This document shows positions 1-8,532 of a stretch of DNA of 64,000 nucleotides, in pieces. Location of the stretch: assembly GCA_038227875.1 (NCBI GenBank), contig JBBRPR010000032.1:1-64000 (forward strand), in the 5' to 3' direction. Made by a program: the position numbers and the translations under genes. A model generated the notes under the pieces. It did no database searches. It was not told the DNA's origin and worked only from the letters and a program-made list of their open reading frames with translations. The first letter of the stretch is position 1, and the number at the start of each line of letters is the position of its first letter. This DNA comes from Planctomycetota bacterium (GTDB lineage Bacteria > Planctomycetota > SZUA-567 > H5-PLA8).

Positions 1-1
1 A

Positions 2-544
2 GGAGTGGTCAAAAGCCAACATGGGGACTGTAGTCCCTATCCTTCCCTCGGACGAGCCACGGACCAAGCGGGTAAGTGTCTCAACATTTCCGGCAAGAGC
101 GTCGCACGCGCCGCGGATGTGCTAAAGCGTGGAATCCCCGCGCTCATCGAGAGAGTCGATCAGGGCAGAATCACAATTACCGCCGCTCAAAAAATCGCGG
201 AGTTCCCGCCCGACGAGCAGCAGCGCCTGCTGACGCTCAATCGCCGCGAACTCGCCGCGAAGTTCCGGCCGGCCAAAACGGAGCAACCGGTGGAACCAGC
301 CAAACCCGTCACTCACCCCGGCCTGACCGAAGCCGAACGGGCGCGCGACGAGATGTTCGTCAAATCCGTCTCGCTCCTTAACTACAAGCACGTGGGGTTG
401 AAACGGTGCGAGGAAGGTCTGCGCTTGAAGCTCTCAATGAAAGACTGGCGCAGCGAACTCAGCGAACTGCTGACCAGCGAAGTCTTCCCGCACCTGCTCG
501 AACGCGGCGTCGTGGTCATTCGCAGCGACGACGTGGAAAAGTAA
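2..544 (+). CDS. ParB/Spo0J-like HTH protein, C-terminal part (5' truncated by window edge)
   Basis: Frame is open from the window start. RATDQAGKCLNISGKSVARAADVLKRGIPALIERVDQGRITITAAQKIAEFPPDEQ resembles the HTH and following helices of ParB-like, often phage-borne, proteins. Confidence 0.6.
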   Translation, partial: GVVKSQHGDCSPYPSLGRATDQAGKCLNISGKSVARAADVLKRGIPALIERVDQGRITITAAQKIAEFPPDEQQRLLTLNRRELAAKFRPAKTEQPVEPAKPVTHPGLTEAERARDEMFVKSVSLLNYKHVGLKRCEEGLRLKLSMKDWRSELSELLTSEVFPHLLERGVVVIRSDDVEK

Positions 545-634
545 CGCTTGGCTCGCGGACAATCGTTGCAATCAAGGCGCGCAACGTTTGTCCGCGAGCG
601 CTTCATAGCGGGATAATTTTTCTACGGGGTGCGC

Positions 635-1615
635 TTATGTCGTCACTGCTTTCAAAATCGCCGCTCGGATCCATTCCAATTCCTGTCGCGGAAGCCCATA
701 GGCGAAAAGAACGAATTCTTTCTTTGAATCAGCCTCCAACAGATGACGCGCCGGAGCAGTCCGTCGAGTGGGCAGGGTCTCAATTCGCAAGTCTTGAAGG
801 TCGCCGCTGGAAATAACTTTGGTTCGGTACCCTATTAATCGCTTGCAGGTGAGGCGCAATTCGTTTGGGCTCGCCTCCACCGTACCGCCGAGCGACCGCC
901 GAGAGATGATGTAGCCAACCAGGGAAACGATCGGAAGAAGAAAGCACAACGACGTCAGGATCGTGACAGGGATCGAGCGGACTGGAAATTGATTCTCTGT
1001 TCCAAAGCCAAGCAAGGCCCATGTTCCAAACCCAGCCAGCAATCCGATCGGAATTAGCAGTGCAAAGAAAAGTTCAGAGTCGAACTTCTCCGGTGGTATG
1101 AGGAACGTGATGCGATCACCGACGGTGGTGAACGTGGATCGCATCGCTGCCGGCGGAGCTTCAATCCTGATTTCCTGTTTCGTACGTGCGAACTGCTGAC
1201 GAAGCGATTCATCCAGCGTGCTGGCTTCGCGTACAACATTTTTACCGTGTGTTAAATCGATGATGGAGATGGAAATGAATCTCGCGATTTCTTCGGCCAG
1301 GCGACGTGCGTCTCGTTCGTTTCTTTTTATATCGACGTCTAGATTTTTACTGCCCTCGGCGTTCAGTCGAACGGGATAAACGGAGTAACATCCGCCCTTG
1401 CCAAAACGCTCCTCACGGGAAATTGTCACTGCGCTGAATTCAGAAAGATTTCGTACACTCGATTTGAAACGAAACAGTAATCCATCCCAGCAGGTGACGG
1501 TGTTCAAATCCGTATCGAACACAATCCCTCTGTACTCAAGACGATTTAAAACGCCTGAATTTGCACAACGCATGCTGTCTTCCCATCGGCAATGCGCGCA
1601 ACATGCGCAGGGCAT
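635..1615 (-). CDS. Hypothetical membrane protein (two TM helices); start uncertain
   Basis: 326-aa ORF with hydrophobic segments LFFALLIPIGLLAGFGTWALLGF and ILTSLCFLLPIVSLVGYII. GC is visibly lower than in the flanks. Confidence 0.6.
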   Translation of the reverse strand: MPCACCAHCRWEDSMRCANSGVLNRLEYRGIVFDTDLNTVTCWDGLLFRFKSSVRNLSEFSAVTISREERFGKGGCYSVYPVRLNAEGSKNLDVDIKRNERDARRLAEEIARFISISIIDLTHGKNVVREASTLDESLRQQFARTKQEIRIEAPPAAMRSTFTTVGDRITFLIPPEKFDSELFFALLIPIGLLAGFGTWALLGFGTENQFPVRSIPVTILTSLCFLLPIVSLVGYIISRRSLGGTVEASPNELRLTCKRLIGYRTKVISSGDLQDLRIETLPTRRTAPARHLLEADSKKEFVLFAYGLPRQELEWIRAAILKAVTT

Positions 1616-1684
1616 TCACGGCAGCGCAAATCGCTTCGTCGGGATGGACGACCTTGCTTACCAGAATCAATACCACTTCCAAAT

Positions 1685-1726
1685 TGAACGCGCCACCGAA
1701 ATCAATGTTCTTCGGTGGCGCGTTCA
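1685..1726 (-). terminator. 16-bp stem-loop downstream of the DUF4139-like gene
   Basis: Perfect inverted repeat TGAACGCGCCACCGAA-N10-TTCGGTGGCGCGTTCA. Confidence 0.6.
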
Positions 1727-1757
1727 TGTCTATGCTTCAAGCGCGAGCCGCAGCGCT

Positions 1758-3380
1758 TTAGTTGCTCAGCACCGAATACTTATACGCCAGCGCTTTCTCC
1801 TCGCCGGATTTCAGCGTGATCGTCCAGACCAGTTCGTTGCGGGGGTTGATGGCGTAGACGCCGTCTTCCAGCAGGCCTTTCTTGGGCTCGCCGTCGGCGC
1901 TGATCAGTTCGCCGGAGAATTTGCGCCGGATCACCACCTTTACGTCTTCCTTGCGGTGGTTGTTGATTTTCAGTTCTCCGTTGACCAGAACTTTGTGGTA
2001 CTGGGTGTTGCCGACCCAGACTTCTTCGCGCGCGCCGGGGATTTCGTGTTCGGAGTTGCTCGTGCGGATGCTCAGAGCGTGATTCACCTGGATGATCGTC
2101 TCTTCTCCAGTGTTGACCCAGCACGACATGCGCTGACCGTTGAAGTGATCGCCGGAGACCACCATCGCCGGCGCGGTGGTCATCGGAAATTTGAATGGGT
2201 TGCGGAAGCGTACGGCATCCCACGCGCCGTCGTCGTCGCTCTTGACGTTCTGAATCCGGCCGTACACGTCGCGCGAATCGGTGATCAGCCATTCGACGAT
2301 CCGTTCGTACTCGGCCTTCTGCCGGTCGATGGTCAGCGCCAGCGACTCGCCTTCCGCCAGGGTACGCGGACCGATGGGCTGATAATAGACATCGACGCCT
2401 TCGCCGGCCGGCACGGCCGACAAGTCCATGCCGCTGCGGTTTCCGACGCCGTTGGATACGCTCTGCTGATTCATGTAAATTCCGGGGTTGCCTTCGTTGC
2501 TCTGGGGCTGTTCGCGCACCTGCTGAAAGTACTGAGCCCAGGTCGTGCGCAGGGAGAGCGGGGAGGTCACGTGCCCCACCTGGACGCTGGGGTAGCCGGA
2601 GATCAGCTGCATCTCCGTGTTCTCCAGCGACGTCAGTTCGTTCTTGATCACAGCGGCCTGTTCGATGCTCAGTTGCTTGGGGTCGCTGATGTCGATGCGG
2701 TAATTCGGAGCCCACGCCAGGCCTTTGCTTAAATAAGTGATCGTAGCCGTGACGGGTTTGTCCGCTTCCTTCGCGGCTGTGAGCAACAGCACCGGCTTGC
2801 GGGTCTTCACGCCCTGGTCTTTGCCGTCGGCGTTGAGGTAGGCGATCATGCCGCTGTCGATGTACACGCGGCCGCCTTCCGTTTTCAGGATCAGGAAGCG
2901 ATTGGCGTTTGCCGCCGGCGGCGGGATTCCGCCCGGGTAATAGTTCCAGCCATATTGAGGCTGCTGATACGTCCGGTTCCACGCGTCAGCGGGTTTGGGT
3001 TCAGGCAACGCTTCCACCGTTCCTTCGGCCGGCGGAATCTGGCCATCGCGGAAGCGAATGGTGACATGCTTGCCGGCCAGCGATTTCTGGAAATCGAGAT
3101 TCGCGGCGGTGACCGGTTCCACGATCTCCCGTTCGGCCACGCGCGTTTCCACGGGAACGTCGCACTGCACCGACCACGTGCCGTGGATGGGCTCGGGTAC
3201 GTCGTCCACGGCGAACGTGCCCGCGCCCGGCAGCTTGACTTCGCGCTTCACGACGCACAGCCCGTTTTTGAAGAGGCCCACGGAGACGATGGTGCTTTTC
3301 AGTGGCGCCTCGTCGGCGGCGTGAGCCACAGTCAGTGCGCAGATTAGAACTGCGAGGATTCGAATCGATCGAAACAGCAT
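1758..3380 (-). CDS. Secreted DUF4139/DUF4140-like protein
   Basis: Signal peptide MLFRSIRILAVLICALTVAHA. SVGLFKNGLCVVKREV and TYLSKGLAWAPNYRIDI motifs. GAGGAG RBS upstream of the ATG at 3380. Confidence 0.75.
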   Translation of the reverse strand: MLFRSIRILAVLICALTVAHAADEAPLKSTIVSVGLFKNGLCVVKREVKLPGAGTFAVDDVPEPIHGTWSVQCDVPVETRVAEREIVEPVTAANLDFQKSLAGKHVTIRFRDGQIPPAEGTVEALPEPKPADAWNRTYQQPQYGWNYYPGGIPPPAANANRFLILKTEGGRVYIDSGMIAYLNADGKDQGVKTRKPVLLLTAAKEADKPVTATITYLSKGLAWAPNYRIDISDPKQLSIEQAAVIKNELTSLENTEMQLISGYPSVQVGHVTSPLSLRTTWAQYFQQVREQPQSNEGNPGIYMNQQSVSNGVGNRSGMDLSAVPAGEGVDVYYQPIGPRTLAEGESLALTIDRQKAEYERIVEWLITDSRDVYGRIQNVKSDDDGAWDAVRFRNPFKFPMTTAPAMVVSGDHFNGQRMSCWVNTGEETIIQVNHALSIRTSNSEHEIPGAREEVWVGNTQYHKVLVNGELKINNHRKEDVKVVIRRKFSGELISADGEPKKGLLEDGVYAINPRNELVWTITLKSGEEKALAYKYSVLSN

Positions 3381-3513
3381 GTGTACGGTCTCCTCAAGAA
3401 AAAGTCGTGATTGTGGTTGGCGCAAACGAAAGAATTGCCAGTCGGCCACCCTCTCGGGTTTTTGTGGCTCGATCAATATACGGCTGATTCGGCGGAGTTG
3501 TGTAAACGGCGTG

Positions 3514-3548
3514 TAAAAACAAACGCGGCATGGTTTCCCATGCCGCGT
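3514..3548 (-). terminator. Rho-independent terminator after the heme-binding protein gene
   Basis: ACGCGGCATGG-TTTC-CCATGCCGCGT hairpin followed on the - strand by TTTGTTTTT. Confidence 0.7.
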
Positions 3549-3575
3549 GGCGAGCTGAATTGAAAACCGAACGTG

Positions 3576-5771
3576 TTAGCGGCGCGGCTGGCGCGGCGCC
3601 TTGATGTACGGCAGGCGCAGGCCCTGCAGGATGCTGCCCTTGGCCAGGCGGCCGTCGATCACGTCCAGGACGGCGTCCTTGCCATTGGTCAGGTTCGGGA
3701 ACTGTGCCTTGAGCTTCGTGTTGGCCTGCTGCAGCGCGACGATGATGTCCGCTTCGCTGGCCTGATCGCAACCGACGCCCGCGGGAGGTTCGAAACCCGC
3801 CTGGCCGGCGAACGCGATCAAGTCGTCCTGGTCGATACCACCGCCGGAAACGCCCAGACCACCCACCAGCAGGCCGTTCTTGTAGATCGGCACGCCACCG
3901 GCGAAAATCGTGATGCCGTTGGGAATGTCCGTGCGCGCCGCAGCGGCCTGGCCCGTCGGGCGCAGACGCAGCAGCGTCAAGTCGACAGTGATCGAAGCCT
4001 GCAACGGCGAGATACGGCCGTCGAAGATATGCGGGAGACGCTTGGCCAGCAGTTGCACGACCGCCGATACCTTGTCGTTCAGCGTCGCGGGCGCAGCCGA
4101 GACTGTTGACACGTTCAAGACGCCTTGCGCGTTGTCGTCGACGAGCAGCTGCGCGATTTCAGTCAGCAGACCCGAACCATTGGCCGTCACCGGATCGCCC
4201 AGTGCGCCGGCCTTGGTGCCGTCGGTAGGGGAGAGCAGACCGCTGATCGGACCGGTCGGGTGTTCGGAAATGCCCGGCGGGAACGAGGTCTGAGCCATGA
4301 AGCCGACAGCGCGGGACGAGAAGCCGACCATGTTGTTGCTGAAGAACGCAGCCGTGCGCGCTTTCTGAACGTGGACGTCGAAGCTGAACGGCGTCGCATC
4401 GTCGGTGCGGTACGAACCGCAGATGTTGCCGTTCAAGTCGGTGACGCAGATCCAGACGCGTTCCGGAACGCCCTTCGGGTTGCGGATGGCGGCGCGGGTG
4501 CCTTCGGCCTGATTGGCAGCCTGCTGCACCATCTTGATGACATCGTCTTTCGTGATCGTGCCCAGGGGGCTGTCGCGCGGCGGGAAGCGCGGGACCCAGC
4601 CACGGCGCGGGAATTCCTGCGTCGGCGTGCCACGTGCGGCGCTCAGCACCGTCGCGGGACTCGCCAGCTTGCCGAAGGCATCGTTGGCATTGCTGGTCAA
4701 AGCGGCCGCCAGCAACTGACCATAGGTCTTCGAGTACGGATTGGCGATCGGGTTGCTGCCGCTGGGATCGCGTTCGCTGCCATCGGTGTCATAGAACGGT
4801 TCAAATGCACCCAGGCCGGCCAGGGACGTCACCGGCGTGAATTTCGGCATGCGGGCGTTGAGGTACTTGAAGCGGAAACCGTTGATCAGGATCTTGCTGC
4901 CCAGGATGTCCGAGGGCGGCGTGAAACCCTTCGAGCAGGCCAGCGCGGCGAGCTCTTCGAAATTCTGCTTGGAGGTTGCAATCGGAGTGCGCTTGACGCC
5001 GGCGTCGGGAATGCCGTTGCCCAGCACGCCGAAGCCGTCGATTTCCACGCCGACTCCGCCGCACGCATGCTTGTTCTTGTAGATCGGCAGACCACCCGGA
5101 TCGTCGGTCAGCGGCGTGATCACGAGCGGCTGGTTGAGCTGGCGGTTGTTGGTGTTGCCCGGGGGCAGGGTCGGCAGCAGCGGCGTGGTGGCCGGCGCAT
5201 TCAAACCGTTGATGAAGACAATGAACGGCGGCACCTGCAACTGGACGTCGCTGTTGGGAAAGTTCGAGAACGGCACGCCGAAGAGCGGACCAGCGTCGAC
5301 GTTTTTGATGCCTGGCGGAAAGTGATTCTGTGCGATGAACTGCGCCGTGCGGGTTGAGAAGGCATCCTGATTGGACTGGAAGAACGCGGCCGTGCGCGCC
5401 TTGGCGGTGGCCTGTTCGTTGATGCGCGAATCGACGCTGCCGCTGGCGGTCATTTTGAAGATCGCGAGAATATGACCTTCGCGGTCGACTACGGCGATCG
5501 TGCCCGCCAAATTGGCCTGCTTCAGGTACCCGACACCCTGGGAGATGATCGTGGTGACTTCCGCAGCGCTCAACGTGGGCGAATCATTGGGCTTAGGCGT
5601 GTTCAGCGGCACCGGTTGGGTAATCGGAACCACCTCACTGGCCTGAACGACCAGGCAAGCGGCGGCGACAAGGAACATGAGCACTTTTCGGGCATGACAA
5701 AACATAAGCATCTCCGGGCAAACTGACGCGGTACGGAATCCCCACCTTTTAGGCGTTGCGATTTGTTCCAA
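3576..5771 (-). CDS. Secreted heme-binding protein with two GlcG/HbpS-like domains (true start may be 5705 or 5678)
   Basis: Two copies of the domain: IAVVDREGH..AKARTAAFF..GGLPIYKN..GGVGV and ICVTDLNGN..QKARTAAFF..AGGVPIYKNGLLVGGLGVSGGGIDQD. N-terminal signal-like segment. Confidence 0.8.
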   Translation of the reverse strand: MEQIATPKRWGFRTASVCPEMLMFCHARKVLMFLVAAACLVVQASEVVPITQPVPLNTPKPNDSPTLSAAEVTTIISQGVGYLKQANLAGTIAVVDREGHILAIFKMTASGSVDSRINEQATAKARTAAFFQSNQDAFSTRTAQFIAQNHFPPGIKNVDAGPLFGVPFSNFPNSDVQLQVPPFIVFINGLNAPATTPLLPTLPPGNTNNRQLNQPLVITPLTDDPGGLPIYKNKHACGGVGVEIDGFGVLGNGIPDAGVKRTPIATSKQNFEELAALACSKGFTPPSDILGSKILINGFRFKYLNARMPKFTPVTSLAGLGAFEPFYDTDGSERDPSGSNPIANPYSKTYGQLLAAALTSNANDAFGKLASPATVLSAARGTPTQEFPRRGWVPRFPPRDSPLGTITKDDVIKMVQQAANQAEGTRAAIRNPKGVPERVWICVTDLNGNICGSYRTDDATPFSFDVHVQKARTAAFFSNNMVGFSSRAVGFMAQTSFPPGISEHPTGPISGLLSPTDGTKAGALGDPVTANGSGLLTEIAQLLVDDNAQGVLNVSTVSAAPATLNDKVSAVVQLLAKRLPHIFDGRISPLQASITVDLTLLRLRPTGQAAAARTDIPNGITIFAGGVPIYKNGLLVGGLGVSGGGIDQDDLIAFAGQAGFEPPAGVGCDQASEADIIVALQQANTKLKAQFPNLTNGKDAVLDVIDGRLAKGSILQGLRLPYIKAPRQPRR

Positions 5772-5984
5772 AGACTATCTCGGCCTAATGCAGGTGCAAG
5801 CGAAAAGACCAAACCCGCTTGAGTTGCGACTGAATCCTTGTGCGCATTCGCACCTGTGAAGGTTACTAGGGACAGACTTTAACTTTTGCTGCTGACGGGA
5901 CTTGCTGGGAGGAGGGAAAAGCGGAGAGGATGCCTGTACTTCCGTGATCTAAAATTGCTGGCAGATCTCGTCGGAAATCTGAAT

Positions 5985-8222
5985 TTATGCCGGAATCCAT
6001 TGTTTATCGGCCGTGAGCCATTTCTCGACCTCGATGGCCGGTCCCGGGCGGGCAAAGAGATAACCTTGTGCGTAATCGCAGTTCATTTCGCGTAACACTT
6101 CGAGTTGATGTGCCGTTTCTACGCCTTCCGCCACCACCTTGAGTTCCAGATTGCGAGCCAGGGCCATGATCGTTTTGACAATGGCCAGATTTTTGTCGCC
6201 CAAATCCAGATTGCTGACAAAGGAGTGATCGATCTTGAGCACATCAATCGGCAGGCGATGCAGGTAGCTCAGCGACGAATAACCGGTGCCGAAATCGTCG
6301 ACCAGGAGCTGGACATTCATCCCTTTTAGCTGGCTGAGCGTGGTGATGGCCGCCTGGATATTGCCCATCAACACGCCTTCGGTAATTTCAATTTTCAAGC
6401 CGCCGCTGGGAATGCGCGTCTGCTCCAGCACGTCTTTCACCTGCGCCACCAGGTTGGGCTGCGTGAACGTGGTGCCGGAGAGATTGACGCTCACAGAAAA
6501 CGGCGCGACTTTCGGGAAGCGATCCTGCCACTCCTTCAGCTGGCGGCACGATTCGCGCAACACCCACAAGCTCATCGGCGTGATCAGCTCTGTCTCTTCG
6601 GCGATCGGCAGGAATTCTCCCGGCGAAACGATCCCGCGTTCCGGATGCTTCCAGCGGATCAACGACTCCACCGCCGAGAGCTTGCCGGTCTTCATGCACA
6701 CGATCGGCTGGTAGTAGATCAGGAATTCGTTCGCGTGCGACGCGCGCCGCAGGTCGTTCTCGAGATGCAGTACCGTCAGCACCTGCGCGTGCATGCCGGA
6801 ATGAAACGTCTCCTGCCGCGCCTTGCCTTGAGCCTTGGCGCGGTGCATCGCCGTCTCCGAATCGCGCAGCAGGTCTTCGGCTTTGAGGTACTTTTTCTTG
6901 CCCAGCACAATCCCCACGCTGGTGGTGACGAAGACGTCGCGTTCGCGCAGCTTGAAGGGCTCCTTCAGCACATCATGAATCACGCCGGCGACCTGGTTGG
7001 CGTCGTCGAGGTTGTTGACGTTCTCGACCAGGATCGCGAATTCGTCGCCGCCCAGCCGCGCCACGGTGTCCAGCGGCTGCAGGCATTTGCGCAGGCGCCG
7101 GCCCATTTCGATCAGGAGCTGATTGCCGGCCATGTGCCCGAGGCTGTCGTTGACGATCTTGAAGCGGTCGATGTCCAGATGCAGCACGGCGAGATTGTAG
7201 TGTTCGACGCCTTCCATGCGTTTCATCGTCTGCTGCAGGCGGTCGAGAAACAGCGCGCGGTTGGGCAGGCGCGTGAGCTCATCGTGAAAAGCGTTGTGGA
7301 GCAACTGCAGCTCCGCCATCTTGCGCACCGTAATGTCGCTCTGCGAACCGGCCATGCGCGTGGCCTTGTTCTCGCCATTACGGATCGCCAGGCCGCGGGT
7401 GATCATCCAGCGGTAGGTGCCGTCCTTATAGAGGATGCGGTACTCGCACTCGAGGTAGTCCGACGCTCCGTTGGTATGGGAATCGATTGCCGCTTCCAGC
7501 GAGTCGCGGTCTTCCGGGTGGACGCGGCGAAACCATTCCGTCGGCAGGTCGCCCACGTCTTTTTCGGCGCAGCCGATCATCGATTTCCAGCGCGGCGAGA
7601 AATAAACCTTGTCGGTTTCGAGATTCCAATCCCACAGCCCGTCGTTGGCCGCGCGCGCCGCGAGGGCATAGCGTTCCTCGCTTTCGAGCAGGCGTTCGTT
7701 CGAGGACTGCAGTTCGCCGGTGCGGTCTTTGACGCGCTGTTCCAGTTCGGTGCGCGCCCGCCGCAAGCTCGCCACGGCGCGGCGGTATTTCAACAGCGAT
7801 GAGACGCGCGCTTTGAAGACCGGCCATGAAAATGGCTTCGATAAAAAATCGTTGGCGCCGCTCTGGATGGCTTGCACATGGACATCCGACCCGCCGATGC
7901 CCGTCAGCAGCACGATCGGGACGTAGCGCAGTTCGGGATGGGCTTTGAGTTCCCGGCAGATATCAAAACCCGCCATGTCAGGAAGCTTGATGTCCAGCAG
8001 GATCAGATCCGGCTCATCGGCCAGCGCCATCTCCAATCCGGACTTTCCGGTGGTGGCCTTGAACACATTATGATTTTCGCGTTCGAGAGTATCGGCGACG
8101 GTCTGATTGAAGTCGGGATCGTCATCGATGATCAGGATGCGGCCGGGACGTTGAAAAATCCCCGTGCTGAAAATATCAGAACGGAACGGATCCACGATAC
8201 GTTTGGATTCTTTACCGGCCAT
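5985..8222 (-). CDS. Response regulator with REC-PAS-GGDEF-EAL domains (c-di-GMP turnover)
   Basis: ILIIDDD..PDLILLDIKLPDMAG (REC); DGLWDWNL..VHPEDR (PAS); HDELTRLPNR..RLGGDEF; YYQPIV..ESLIRW..DDFGTGYSSL..AEGVET..AQGY. Confidence 0.95.
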   Translation of the reverse strand: MAGKESKRIVDPFRSDIFSTGIFQRPGRILIIDDDPDFNQTVADTLERENHNVFKATTGKSGLEMALADEPDLILLDIKLPDMAGFDICRELKAHPELRYVPIVLLTGIGGSDVHVQAIQSGANDFLSKPFSWPVFKARVSSLLKYRRAVASLRRARTELEQRVKDRTGELQSSNERLLESEERYALAARAANDGLWDWNLETDKVYFSPRWKSMIGCAEKDVGDLPTEWFRRVHPEDRDSLEAAIDSHTNGASDYLECEYRILYKDGTYRWMITRGLAIRNGENKATRMAGSQSDITVRKMAELQLLHNAFHDELTRLPNRALFLDRLQQTMKRMEGVEHYNLAVLHLDIDRFKIVNDSLGHMAGNQLLIEMGRRLRKCLQPLDTVARLGGDEFAILVENVNNLDDANQVAGVIHDVLKEPFKLRERDVFVTTSVGIVLGKKKYLKAEDLLRDSETAMHRAKAQGKARQETFHSGMHAQVLTVLHLENDLRRASHANEFLIYYQPIVCMKTGKLSAVESLIRWKHPERGIVSPGEFLPIAEETELITPMSLWVLRESCRQLKEWQDRFPKVAPFSVSVNLSGTTFTQPNLVAQVKDVLEQTRIPSGGLKIEITEGVLMGNIQAAITTLSQLKGMNVQLLVDDFGTGYSSLSYLHRLPIDVLKIDHSFVSNLDLGDKNLAIVKTIMALARNLELKVVAEGVETAHQLEVLREMNCDYAQGYLFARPGPAIEVEKWLTADKQWIPA

Positions 8223-8532
8223 GATCGGTCTGCCACATGATGAGATTACAAAAGTCTAAACGGGCAGCAAGCACGGTACAAGTAGTAAGAAATGGCATAA
8301 TTTGTGATTTTGAGTCGCGAATTTAGTCGGCCGCGGACTTTTTCATGCGGTTGAGACCGGCCGGCCATTCCGAGCGCCAGGTAGGGGCACACCCAGATCA
8401 CTGGTTTTACAGCAGCAGGACGGAAATCGGGGCGTCTTCAGTAAACATCCAGCGGCGAGAAGCCACTCAACGAATGTGCCGAATGATGTTAAGTCTCACG
8501 GCAAATGGATTTGAACGATTTCAGGAGTACCC

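Noticed and set aside
1536..1727. 63-aa ORF as a possible separate gene or lost N-terminus of the 635-1615 gene
   Set aside because: It starts inside the terminator hairpin, has no RBS and shows no recognisable motif.
8466..8494. TGATGTTAAGT resembling the XerD arm of dif
   Set aside because: No matching XerC arm at 6-bp spacing.
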